From positions 62,001-126,000 of the forward strand of contig CATNEN010000007.1 of the NCBI GenBank assembly GCA_950097015.1: a stretch of 64,000 bases of DNA, read 5' to 3'. Source of the DNA: Macrostomum hystrix. Lineage: Eukaryota; Animalia; Platyhelminthes. Made by a program: the position numbers and the translations under genes. Below are positions 26,009 through 37,459 of the stretch, in pieces. Within the stretch, counting starts at the first letter, position 1. Every line of letters starts with the position of its first letter. Below the pieces are notes generated by a model, which had not been told where the DNA came from, searched no databases, and saw only the letters and a list, made by a program, of their open reading frames with translations.

Positions 26009-29000
26009 GCGAAGGCCTCTCAGAGGCAATCCACGCACACAGTACTAGATGTTTTGAAATACCGATTTTTAATATATAGTACGATGGACCAAATTTTCGG
26101 CCAAAGCTGGGCCTTCTTCAGGGTCTGTATATTTAGATAACTCAAACGAAAAAATATTGTTAAAGCGATCGCTTATATATATGGGGGGTTAAAAACCGTA
26201 TTGATTTTAAAGTTGGAATTGTACATAAAAAATTATAAACGAACACGGGCACGTTAAAAATAAAACTGTCAATGCCGCGTGCAGTCAGATAGATAGATAG
26301 ATAGATAGATTGATAGATTGATAAGATAGTTAACTGAAAATTTATATTTCGATACATATAGGCTACCCCCCAAAATCCCTAACCGACAGCCTGCAGGCGG
26401 AGGCGGTCCCCCAGATTCAGCGAGCTGTGCGGCCTCCTGCAGCCGGCTCTCCACCCTGCTGGTCACCAACCCGGGCAATTGTCCCACCCTGGCCTCGTCG
26501 TCAGCTGCTGATGGCATCGGCTGCAGAGCGGCCGGTTCGCCGTGCCTCAGTCCGGGCGATGACCGCGACTGCGCTGGCGGCCTCAAACCGATGCGCTGCT
26601 GCCGCAGCGACTGCGGCATCTCCGCCTGCCAGACAGCCAACATCAGCCTGGACGGTGAGTGCATTGCTGAAAGCATGAAAGCTGAAGTGGAGACAATCAG
26701 GTGTATCAATTTTACCCAGGATGATGACTATTTATGGGGAGCGCATCGGGCAAGTGTTCGACTATAAAATTTATGATATTTTTTAGGTAGTTTAGGTGCG
26801 GGTTCGGCTTATTGTAGCCAGACTAGAAAGACAGGGCATTGTATTGCGCAGCTATGAAGCCTGCAACTTTTAGGCCAGACCAGGCCCAAACAAACCAAAT
26901 CCTGATTTGTTACTCTTTTCTTGTTGAAACTTTTTTGTTAAGATACGCGGCAGATATGGGACAATCTGAAACACATTGCATCAACGCCAGTGTCACCGGG
27001 CCATCCTAACCTGGCCTATTTTTAATTTTGAAACAAAACATTTTTTAAGGAATTCTACCATATTGTAGCGAAGCAATACGGAAGGAAACTCGATGCGCAT
27101 GAACTTGCCATTTAAAAAACTATCAACTGCGTATCGGCAAAACTCCTAAACAACTCTGTAGCTGCGTCGATGTCGAAAACTCCTCAAAATCTAAAATAAT
27201 AATAATAATATTTATAATAAATCATTACACCTGACCCAATCGGGCCAGATGTGCAGCCGACAGCACAGCCGCAGTGTCTCGCTGAAGGACTCATTGTTAC
27301 AACTGAGTCGGGAATCGAACCCCCGACCTTTAAGTCGTGACTCCGACGCCCTAACCACTAGGCTTAATCCTAATTTCCCAATTTTTTATATAAATTCCAT
27401 CCCCCGGTCCCGAGAATTCGGGAATCGAACCCCCGAACTTTAAGTTATGAGTCCGACGCTCGAACCACAAAGGCTACAATCTTCGAAATCCCATCCCTGG
27501 TGTCCGCAGCTCTGCCGCCGACGCCGCAGGCGCCCTACCTCAAGCGCGCTATCGGGGCTGGTGGCATCCTGCTGAATCATCGGCGCCAACAGACAGCCAT
27601 GGAGATCGACTGGAGCAGCTACAGCCTGAACCCGGAACAGGCCGGACCCGATCCCGTCTTCTTCCTGCTGCAGGTGCGCAGCCGGCTGAGCAGACAGTTC
27701 GACGCTTTTGCCATGACAACTAGCCAGTGGCGCGACCTGGCCGTGACCTCGCAGACTAGGCTGCTTGTTGAAGACCTCGCCGCCGGCGCCTGGTACCAGT
27801 TCAGACTCGCCGCTGTCAGCTCCGCCGGCTTCCGCGCCTACTCGGAGGCCTCCGACCCGGTGAAAACCGGCGACGCCCTTCCGCCGAGACCTCCGAGAGG
27901 CCTGCGAGAGGCTGACTCCAGGATCCACTCCGGCGGTAGCGCGATCGACGTCAGGATTCTCTGGCGACAGCCGGCCCACGGGGACCCGGATGAGCTGCCG
28001 GTGGCAAAGTATCAGGTGCGTCCCGCTCCCTCCTCCGCTCCCTCGCCGATCCTCCGCTCCCTCCTCAATCCTCCGCTCCCTCCCCGATCCTCCGCTCCCT
28101 CCCCGAGCTTCTACCCAATCCGCCTCCACCCCGATCCCCCGCTCCCTACTCAATCCTCCGCTCCCTCCTCAATCCTCCGCTCCCTCATCAATATCCACTC
28201 TCTCCTCAATCCACCGCTCCCTCCTCAGTCCCACCGCTCCCTCCTCAATATCCGCTCCCTTCTCAATCCTCCGCTCCCTCCCCAGTCCTCCGCTCCCTCC
28301 CCGATCCTCCGCTCCCTACTCAATCCTCCGCTCCCTCCTCAATCCTCCGCTCCCTTCTCAATCCTCCGCTCCCTCCTCAGTCCACCGCTCCCTCCTCAGT
28401 CCACCGCTCCTTCCTCAATATCCGCTCCCTCCTCAACATCCGCTCCCTCCTCAACATCCGCTCCCTCCTTAACATCCGCTCCCTCCTTAATATCCGCTCC
28501 CTCCTCAATATCCGCTCCCATCTCAATATCCGCTCCCATCTCAATATCCGCTCCCTCCTCAATCCCCCGCTCCCTCCTCAATCCTCCGCTCCCTCCTCAA
28601 TCCTCCACTCCTCCTCAATATCCGCTCCCTCCTCAACATCCGCTCCCTCCTCAACATCCGCTCCCTCCTCAGTCCACCGCTCCCTTCTCAATCCTCCGCT
28701 CCCTCCTCAATATCCGCTCCCTCCTCAATATCCGCTCCCTCCTCAATATCCGCTCCCTCCTCAATATCCGCTCCCTCCTCAGTCCACCGCTCCCTCCTCA
28801 ATCCTCCGCTCCCTCCTCAATATCCGCTCCCTCCTCAATATCCGCTCCCTCCTCAATATCCACTCCCTCCTCAATATCCGTCTCTCCTCAATATCCGCTC
28901 CCTCCTCAATCCCCAGCCTTCACGCTCTCCCAACTCTCCGCTCTCATCCGAAATCCTTGCCTCGCTTACAAACCAGTCTCACCCTCCAACCCATCGCAGT

Positions 29001-32000
29001 CCATGAAGGCATTGTGCCCATGAGTTGGGTCGAGCATCGTCATCAAACTAATTGTATAAAAATATGAAAAATGGCTGTCAAAAAACTGGGGCAGACGTTG
29101 GCGACAGGACAGCATCCATTCATTGGAGAGGTCGTTAGAGAACGAGTAGGATGCTGGTACACTTCGCAACTAGCAATGATCACTACGCTGCAATAGAATT
29201 ATAAACTACGAGTAGAAACAGAGAGCAAGAATTCGCCTGAATTGAATGGCAATGCCCCACCCCGCCTGGCGGAATACAAAGACAGCCTATATTAATTATT
29301 ATTCAGAAATTGATACATCAATGTTTTGGAGCTAAAACAGCTATAAAATTGGTTTCTGTATGGACAAATGCATTTAACTGAATACCTTAAAGTAATCTTT
29401 TAGAGAATTTTTTTTACAAAATTGGCTTTCTAATTGGTTCTCTGTCTTTAAAATGCAACTCCATCGATTAGATTCGTATTCCTCTCTCCCCTTCCTCTCT
29501 CCCCTTCCTCTCTCCCCTTCCTCTCTCCCCTTCCTCTCTCCCCTTCCTCCCTCTCCCTCCTCTCTCCCCTCTCTCTTCCCTTCCTCTCTCCCCATCCTCT
29601 CAAACTTTCCTCTCTCCCCTTCCACCCTCCCCCTCCTCTCTCCCCTTCCTCTCCCCCACCCTCTCAAACTTTCCTCTCTCCCCATCCTCTCTCCCCTTCC
29701 TCTCTCCCCCTCCTCTCTCCCCTTCCTCTCTCCCCATCCTCTCAAACTTTCCTCTCTCCCCATCCTCTCTCCCCGGGGGGGTCGGTGGCAGAGCTGTTGA
29801 CGCGTTTGCCTCTCGCACCAAGGACCCTAAGTTCGATTCCATGACGAGGCCACTTTCATTTGGGGCGCAGCCGCGGAGAGAAGGCTTGGGGGTTTGTCGT
29901 GCAATTTACGCCATTGAGGGCCAACCTTCAAGGCAAAGTAAGAGTGTACACTGCCTGACGATGAGAAAGTCAGGCAGATGTACACACCTGTGTGAGCGTA
30001 TGCCTGCGTACTGTGTGCGTGTGTGCTCAGGAGTGTGCTCAAATTTGTCAGAATTTTTGACAAAAAATGGTCATGACTACTATTTTTCCAAATTCAACAC
30101 CGGAAAGAAATGCTGGCATTTTAGATTTCCTGGGTTGAAATGATCGGCATTGAACGCGAGTCATCCAAGGTTTTCGATGCTAGCGTGCCCGAGGTAAAGT
30201 CATGCTTCGATACAAAATCGAAATCGAACCAAAATCAATTGGAGTTTTCCAACTAAAACACACAAATTGCAGCCGCAGACGAGCTTCACTTTGACGAACC
30301 TGAAGCTGGGCACGACCTACAGGATTTCAGTGAGTTTGCCAGATTTTCTGCTACAATTCCTTCCTCTAAAAGAGAAGAATTCCTTGGAATTCTTTGAAAA
30401 AAACTTCACACTATTATCGCGAGAGGAAATTAAAAAAGCAGAAGGCCAAACATCCCTGCCCCTATAGCTCACAAAGCAGGTCCACAGTTCTCACCCGGCT
30501 CATTGTTTTGCTTTCTCACCAGACGAAATGCGTTGAGCTGGAAGTTGCTCTGGTGTTGTTCTCAAACTCTGAGATGAATGAAATAAAACTGGTGGAACCC
30601 TTCCACTTGCGTCACTTGCTCAAAGTAAACACAAGACTCGCGCATGTTTGTACCGCAATTCGTGCCTATATGAGAAAAAAAATTCTATAACTATTTTCTT
30701 GAATAATTCAAAAGTCTTGTCGTCACAAATGAACTGGTTCTTAGAAAATAAACAAACACTTTTTCTCAGAGCGGGACTTATAAAATAAAACAGAATGAAA
30801 TGAAAAATATTCCAAATTAAAATGCACAACAATTTTTTGTCGATTCGTTTTCTTAGGTAGCGGCTGTGGCCAGTTACGGACACCAGAATGAGTTGAGATC
30901 GAGAAATTCTACTTTTTATTTGACCACAATGCGACTGGTTAATCCAACGAACGCTCCGACTCAGGCGCCGCCGCTGCCTCCGCCGCCGCCGCAGCAGCCA
31001 CCGTCGCCAACGCAAGATCAAAATGGTGAGCAATCTTTTGCTTGGAATTAGACGAATCTGCTTCTTCAGTCTATGAATCTACCATTTCTATCCAAGAATC
31101 TACCTCTTCCATCCAAGAATCTACCTTTTCCATCCAAGAATCTACCTTTTCCATCCAAGAATCTACCTCTTCCATCCAAGAATCTACCTCTTCCATCCAA
31201 GAATCTACCTTTTCCATCCAAGAATCTACCTTTTCCATCCAAGAATCTACCTTTTCCATCCAAGAATCTACCTTTTCCATCCAAGAATCTACCTTTTCCA
31301 TCCAAGAATCTACCATTTCTATCCAAGAATCTACCTTTTCCATCCAAGAATCTACCTTTTCCATCCAAGAATCTACCTCTTCCATCCAAGAATCTACCTC
31401 TTCCATCCAAGAATCTACCTTTTCCATCCAAGAATCTACCTTTTCCATCCAAGAATCTACCTTTTCCATCCAAGAATCTACCTTTTCCATCCAAGAATCT
31501 ACCTTTTCCATCCAAGAATCTACCTTTTCCATCCAAGAATCTACCTTTTCCATCCAAGAATCTACCTCTTCCATCCAAGAATCTACCTTTTCCATCCAAG
31601 AATCTACCTTTTCCATCCAAGAATCTACCTTTCCATCCAAGAATCTACATTTTCCATCCAAGAATCTACCTTTTCCATCCAAGAATCTACCTCTTCCATC
31701 CAAGAATCTACCTCTTCCATCCAAGAATCTACCTTTTCCATCCAAGAATCTACCTCTTCCATCCAAGAATCTACCTTTTCTATCCAAGAATCTACCTTTT
31801 TCATCCAAGAATCTGCCACTTTTATCCAAGAATCTACGACGTACAAGGCTTGACAGGCTTGATTCAAGAGGAGAGAATCTACCTCTCTAACCCGCAATCT
31901 ACCCCACTCTACTATGCAGACTCGGGGCCGCAGCGCAGACTGCAGACTGAGTTGGGCAGAGCGGACGCTCCGGCGCACACAATCGACTGCTCCTGTCACA

Positions 32001-35000
32001 ACAGGCCGAAGTCGCCGCTGGTGTTCAACCTGCCTTATTATGAGGCCGGCAAATTGAAGCTGCTGTTGCTGTGGCCCAGCGCTGATGAAGGTGAGATTCT
32101 GCGTAGATGCTGGGAGCCATCTGAATGGGGCAGAAACTGGGGTGAGATGGTCTCAAAGAAGTGGATAACGTGGGGCAGTGGAAGCCAAATGACTAGGAGA
32201 CAGGGTTGAGGAGAGGTAGACAGAGAGGGAGAGAAGGAGAGAGAAAGAGAGGGAGAGAAAGAGGGAGAAAGAAGTAGATAGAGAGGGGGCGAAGGGGTGA
32301 GAGAAGTAGACAAAGTGGGGGAAATGAGTATGAGAAGTAGACAGAGAGGGGAGAAGGAGGGTGATAGAAGTAGACAGAGAGGGGAGAAGGAGGGTGAGAG
32401 AAGTAGACAGAGAGCTGAGAAGGAGGGTGAGAGAAGTAGACAGAGAGCTGAGAAGGAGGGTGAGAGAAGTAGACAGAGAGGGGAGAAGGAGGGTGAGAGA
32501 AGTAGACAGAGAGCTGAGAAGGAGGGTGAGAGAAGTAGACAGAGAGCTGAGAAGGAGGGTGAGAGAAGTAGACAGAGAGCTGAGAAGGAGGGTGAAAGAA
32601 GTAGACAGAGAGGGGAGAAGGAGGGTGATAGAAGTAGACAGAGAGGGGAGAAGGAGGGTGATAGAAGTAGACAGAGAGGGGAGAAGGAGGGTGATAGAAG
32701 TAGACAGAGAGCTGAGAAGGAGGGTGAAAGAAGTAGACAGAGAGGGGAGAAGGAGGGTGATAGAAGTAGACAGAGAGGGGAGAAGGAGGGTGAAAGAAGT
32801 AGACAGAGAGGGGAGAAGGAGGGTGATAGAAGTAGACAGAGAGGGGAGAAGGAGGGTGATAGAAGTAGACAGAGAGGGGAGAAGGAGGATGAGAGAAGTA
32901 GACAGAGAGCTGAGAAGGAGGGTGAGAGAAGTAGACAGAGAGGGGAGAAGGAGGGTGATAGAAGTAGACAGAGAGGGGAGAAGGAGGGTGAAAGAAGTAG
33001 ACAGAGAGGGGAGAAGGAGGGTGATAGAAGTAGACAAAGAGGGGAGAAGGAGGGTGAAAGAAGTAGACAGAGAGCTGAGAAGGAGGGTGAAATAAGTAGA
33101 CAAAGAGGGGAGAAGGAGTGTGAGAGAAGTAGACAGAGAGCTGAGAAGGAGGGTGAAAGAAGTAGACAGAGAGGGGAGAAGGAGTGTGAGAGAAGTAGAC
33201 AGAGAGCTGAGAAGGAGGGTGAAATAAGTAGACAAAGAGGGGAGAAGGAGTGTGAGAGAAGTAGACAGAGGATAAAGCGAGTTTGGCAGACTGAACATCA
33301 CATATGGCGGTGCATTGTGCGGTCATTAATAATTCAAGAAACTGGAATATTGGCGCCCGAGTGTTACACAATCAGCCCATGAACAATTAGCAGACCCCAA
33401 ATGGAACACAAAAGCCTTTAGTCAGCCGGCCTTCAATATTATTCTTCGAGTAAAAGCTTCTTGTTGAATTTGACGCGTCCGAAAAAGGCTTTGTTTTCTT
33501 CTTGTGTGGGAAAACAGGCCGCAGAAGAGGGAAAGGTGAGGGCGTGAATTGTAGAATTTTGGTAGAAAATATTGTCATAAAAAAGTTGAGAGACAGGAGA
33601 GACACAATTTGTGCATTTGTCTGTTCCATTTTTACCCAGTTTTGACACAACCAACTAAACTTGCTTTACCTCCACAAAAGCAGTTGAACGCTGCCAGCGA
33701 GGCGAATCCAGAAAACAGACATGAAGAACTAGCTCGTAGATGTTGATCGCGAATTGGTCTGCATAAAAATGCCGTTTCAATTAGCATTTTACGCTCGTAA
33801 TATGTGAGCGAATAAAATGAGGACAATTTTATTGCGTCGCATTAATGTAAATCTCAAGTACTGAATATCTTATTTAGTATAAAAATAGGCATGGAAAATT
33901 TGCTTTCACGGTCGTAAAATTACGCCCCTTTTAAAAGTTTACCGTGAAAAAGAAATATTTTGCTTCTTACCTACTGCAAGTAGCACAATACAAACACTTG
34001 CTAGAAACAATGGTTTATTGAGCTTGTTTTTAATATAAAACTTTGAATTACTCAATTTCAGGACTAACACCTCGGCGACAGCCTGTGACCGCTCACATCA
34101 TCAAGTGGACTCAGAGAGTTTGCATCGAGTCTGAGCCAGCTGGGGACCTGGCAACCAGACAGGCTGTTGTACACGTGAGTCTGCACTCACCGATTCACCA
34201 TTCACAATATTTGATTCACAGATTCACCACTCACAATATTTGATTCACAGATTCACCACTCACAATATTCGATTCACCGATTCACCATTCACAATATTTA
34301 ATTCACAGATTCAACATTCACAATATTTGATTCACAGATTCAACATTCACAATATTTGATTCACAGATTCAACATTCACAATATTTGATTCACAGATTCA
34401 ACATTCACAATATTTGATTCACAGATTCAACATTCACAATATTTGATTCACCGATTCACCATTTACAGTCTTGATTCACAGATTTGGCATTCACAGTATT
34501 GATTCACAGTCTTGATTCACAGATTTGCCATTCACAGTCTTGATTCACAGATTTGGCATTCACAGTATTGATTCACAGTCTTGATTCACAGATTTGCCAT
34601 TCACAGTATTGATTCACAGTCTTGATTCACAGATTTGCCATTCACAGTCTTGATTCACAGATTTGGCATTCACAGTCTTGATTCACAGATTTGCCATTCA
34701 CAGTCTTGATTCACAGATTCACCATTTACAGTCTTGATTCACAGATTTGGCATTCACAGTATTGATTCACAGTCTTGATTCACAGATTTGCCATTCACAG
34801 TCTTGATTCACAGATTTAGCATTCACAGTCTTGATTCACAGATTTGCCATTCACAGTCTTGATTCACAGATTTGGCATTCACAGTCTTGATTCACAGATT
34901 TGCCATTCACAGTATTGATTCACAGATTTGGCATTCACAGTCTTGATTCACAGATTTGCCACTCACAGTATTGATTCACAGATTTACCATTCACAGTCTT

Positions 35001-36922
35001 GGTTCACAGATTTGCCATTCACAGTCTTGATTCACAGATTTGCCATTCACAGTCTTGATTCACAGATTTGCCATTCACAGTCTTGATTCACAGATTTACC
35101 ATTCACAGTCTTGATTCCCACATTGACCAATTACGATGTCAACAATCACCGCGCGCACTCCGCAGAATGGCATGGCCCTCACCATCAGCGACCTGCGGTT
35201 CAACTGTCACTACGCCCTGCAGGTGAGAGGCCTCACAAATTCTGGCGACGTGGCGTTCGCCTGGAACACCTGCTTCTGCACCAGGAGCTGCAAGGAGACC
35301 CAGATTAGGGGCGACCACTTCCCGATTTGTCCAAGAGACGGTGAGGCGGCATTGTTCTTGCTGGCCCTGGGGAGAGTTTGGGGAGAGGAGAGTGGGAGAG
35401 GGCAGATAGGTAACATATACGAAAAGGACAGAGTAGAGATTAGAGAGTAGGAATTGGGGATGGATATTAGGAGAGGGGAGATTAAAATAGATTGAGATAG
35501 GGGAGATAATGGGAGATTGAAAGAAGGGAGATTGAATGAGGGGAAATTCGGAGACGGGAGATTAGAAGAGGGGATTGGGAGAGGGGAGATTGGGAGAGGG
35601 GAGATTGGGAGAGGGGAGATTGGGAGAGGCGAGATTGGGAGAGGCGAGAATGGGAGAGGGGAGATTAGAAGAGGGGATTGGGAGAGGGGAGATTGGGAGA
35701 GGGGAGATTGGGAGAGGCGAGATTAGGAGAGGCGAGAATGGGAGAGGGGAGATTGGGAGAGGGGAGAATGGGAGAGAGGAGATTGGGAGAGGGGAGAATG
35801 GGAGAGGGGAGATTAGAAGAGGGGATTGGGAGAGGGGAGATTGGGAGAGGGGAGATTGGGAGAGGGAAGATTGGGACAGGGGAGAATGGGAGAGGGGAGA
35901 TTGGGAGAGGGAAGATTGGGACAGGGGAGAATGGGAGAGGGGAGATTGGGAGAGGGAAGATTGGGACAGGGGAGAATGGGAGAGGGGAGATTGGGAGAGG
36001 GGGTTGGTAGAGAGGAGAGGGGAGATTGGGGGATGGGAAATTGGGAGAGGGGAGATTGGGAGAGGGGAGATTGGGAGAGGGGAGATTGGGAGAGGGGAGA
36101 TTGGGAGAGGGGAGATTGGGAGAGGGGAGATTGGGAGAGGGGAGATTGGGAGAGGGGAGATTGGGAGAGGGGAGATTGGGAGAGGGGAGATTGGGAGAGG
36201 GGAGATTGGGAGAGGGGAGATTGGGAGAGGGGAGATTGGGAGAGGGGAGATTGGGAGAGGGGAGATTGGGAGAGGGGAAATAGGGATCAAATCAGCACTC
36301 ATAAAAAACCCAATTCTGATTTTCCAAATCCCATTCAGAAGCCGCCTCGGCACCCCAGCCGCCAACTCTGCTTGACTGGTCGGTGTTGCCGCGCCCAATA
36401 CTTGCACCCAGCCAGCAGCAACAGCAGCAGCAGCGTCAGCGCTTCTACTCCATCAGAATCCGCTGGGCGGCCCCAGGCAACACGGCCTTGCACGCTATCT
36501 CTGGCTTCCGCATCACCTGGGGCCCGGTGGTGGACGATGTCGGCGTGGCAGGCGGCAGCGGCGGCGGGCTCGAGCCCCGCCTGGACGCCGATCGCTCCGA
36601 CGCCAGCGTTGTCGACGTCCGCGAGAGGCAGTTCAACATCTACCATCTCAGGGCCGGCACAGTCTACGTGGTGATGATCCAGACGATGTCTGTGTTCGGC
36701 GACAGCCAGCCGGCGCGGCTGACCTTCGCCACGCCCGATGGCGCGTCATCGTCACAGTCTTCGTCCTCCTCGTCAAACTCCGAGGTGCAGAAGTACATCA
36801 ACAAGGATCGATATCGCAATGGAGCCGGAGTCAGCGTTCGAGTCTCGCTGACTCTGCTGATCCTGCTGCACTTGCTGCTGGCCCTAGCAACTCGCCGAGC
36901 TGCGCAATCGCTTCAGTGCTGA
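14217..36922 (+). CDS. ANOS1: Anosmin-1 / KAL-1 orthologue, 12 exons: 14217-14360, 19446-19574, 25725-25799, 26390-26654, 27510-28015, 30125-30193, 30273-30329, 30857-31025, 31920-32090, 34062-34174, 35166-35340, 36339-36922; ~818 aa
   Basis: Signal peptide ([20 protein letters not shown]), Cys-rich domain (CIAACL...ACSS|CSRAC...GCEQFCK), WAP domain (PGNCP...DDRDCAGG...[11 protein letters not shown]), then four FnIII modules ([17 protein letters not shown]...LPVAKYQ|[36 protein letters not shown]). All joins are GT-AG, phase-consistent and total 2457 nt. The exon 2 acceptor could alternatively be 19458. Confidence 0.9.
14432..15306. repeat. 24-bp minisatellite (GTAGCTAGAATCGAAGCAAGAACC), anosmin intron 1
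   Basis: Direct tandem periodicity; source of the spurious [11 protein letters not shown]. Confidence 0.95.
15752..16750. repeat. ~20-bp minisatellite (GGGGGAGAGTCAGGGTGCAT / GGGAGAGTCAGGGTGAATGA)
   Basis: Direct tandem periodicity. Confidence 0.95.
17938..19020. repeat. 20-bp minisatellite (GGGAGAGTCAGGGTGAATGA)
   Basis: Direct tandem periodicity; same family as 15752-16750. Confidence 0.95.
19587..19990. repeat. 14-bp minisatellite (CACTTTCTATTCCC)
   Basis: Direct tandem periodicity, starting ~12 nt after the exon 2 donor. Confidence 0.95.
20645..21375. repeat. 26-bp minisatellite (AAGAAAGAAGATCGTCTCTTTGTTCT)
   Basis: Direct tandem periodicity. Confidence 0.95.
22120..22300. repeat. (GACA)n microsatellite
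   Basis: Seen directly. Confidence 0.95.
22840..23550. repeat. ~25-26-bp pyrimidine-rich minisatellite (ACCCCTCTCTCCTCCCCTGTTCATCT)
   Basis: Direct tandem periodicity. Confidence 0.9.
24410..25245. repeat. (CTCCT)n pentamer, polypyrimidine/polypurine tract
   Basis: Seen directly. Confidence 0.95.
25843..26008. repeat. (GATA)n microsatellite; resumes at 26288-26330 after a unique insert
   Basis: Seen directly. Confidence 0.95.
26009..26287 (-). mobile_element. Probable Penelope-like element pLTR / non-autonomous remnant inserted in (GATA)n
   Basis: Unique ~280-bp block flanked on both sides by GATA repeats and carrying a minimal hammerhead motif. No ORF; the PLE assignment is inferred from the ribozyme type. 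Confidence 0.6.
26087..26125 (-). ncRNA. Minimal type I hammerhead ribozyme (palindromic stem III, dimer type)
   Basis: Minus strand reads GACC-CUGAAGA-A-GGCC-CAGCUUU-GGCC-GAA-AAUU-U-GGUC: stem I GACC/GGUC, intact core CUGANGA and GAAA, 4-bp stem II, self-complementary AAUU stem III, and a UH cleavage site. Confidence 0.8.
27195..27364 (-). mobile_element. tRNA-derived SINE family B copy with (TTA)n tail
   Basis: Minus strand AGCCTAGTGGTTAGGGCGTCGGAGTCACGACTTAAAGGTCGGGGGTTCGATTCCCGACTC has boxes A and B; the 3' end is shared with 2408-2468. Confidence 0.75.
27415..27477 (-). mobile_element. Isolated tRNA(Met)-like SINE head duplicated next to the family B copy
   Basis: Minus strand GCGTCGGACTCATAACTTAAAGTTCGGGGGTTCGATTCCCG has a CTCATAA loop and box B, but the anticodon and acceptor stems are broken. 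Confidence 0.6.
28019..28915. repeat. 18-bp minisatellite (ATCCGCTCCCTCCTCAAT) starting at the exon 5 donor
   Basis: Direct tandem periodicity. Confidence 0.9.
29480..29774. repeat. CT-rich ~13-bp repeat (CCTCTCTCCCCTT)
   Basis: Seen directly; abuts the SINE at 29775. Confidence 0.85.
29775..30033 (+). mobile_element. SINE family A copy (3' truncated) in an anosmin intron
   Basis: Box B GTTCGATTCC at ~29831-29840; colinear with 5942-6215. Confidence 0.85.
31055..31835. repeat. 21-bp minisatellite (TTCCATCCAAGAATCTACCTT)
   Basis: Direct tandem periodicity. Confidence 0.95.
32205..33270. repeat. 33-bp purine-rich minisatellite (GAGAAGGAGGGTGAGAGAAGTAGACAGAGAGGG)
   Basis: Direct tandem periodicity. 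Confidence 0.95.
34185..35122. repeat. ~28-bp minisatellite (CTTGATTCACAGATTTGCCATTCACAGT) filling almost the whole intron
   Basis: Direct tandem periodicity with a gradual change of subtype. Confidence 0.95.
35500..36280. repeat. 15-bp G-rich minisatellite (GGGAGAGGGGAGATT)
   Basis: Direct tandem periodicity. Confidence 0.95.
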
Positions 36923-37459
36923 GATTTCACGAGCAAAAACATAATCATGTGCAACGTCACTTAGAAATTTGTTAATCTGTTTGCTGATTGGCCCAAGCAT
37001 CCCCGCAAATTTAATCCCAAAGTCTTCGCCGCATGTCTTTCAAAAGGACTGTTTTCATTTTTGCTAAATTATTATTTATCCTATATTTACATAATTAGCA
37101 AATGCGCTCGTAATATCTATAGTTTCACATGTCTGTTACTACTTAAACCATGTCTGTTCAGTAGTGTGTCGCAATTATATATCCAACTATAAATGCCTGA
37201 CCTCTGCTGCAAATTTAATTGAATATCGACTGCCACTGGAACTATTTGTGTAGCAAACGCTAAATAAATTCATATTTCTACTGCAGTCTACTCAGAATCA
37301 AAATTAAAATTAAAAAACGACTTTTATATGGCGAAATTGATGTATAACCAGCTCCTAACTCTGATCACAAACTAATTGACTCATAATGCAATTTGATCCA
37401 AGTAACCCTGACCCATTTCATTCTAAATTAATCCCTTAGTTTAATTCAAAGTAATATAA

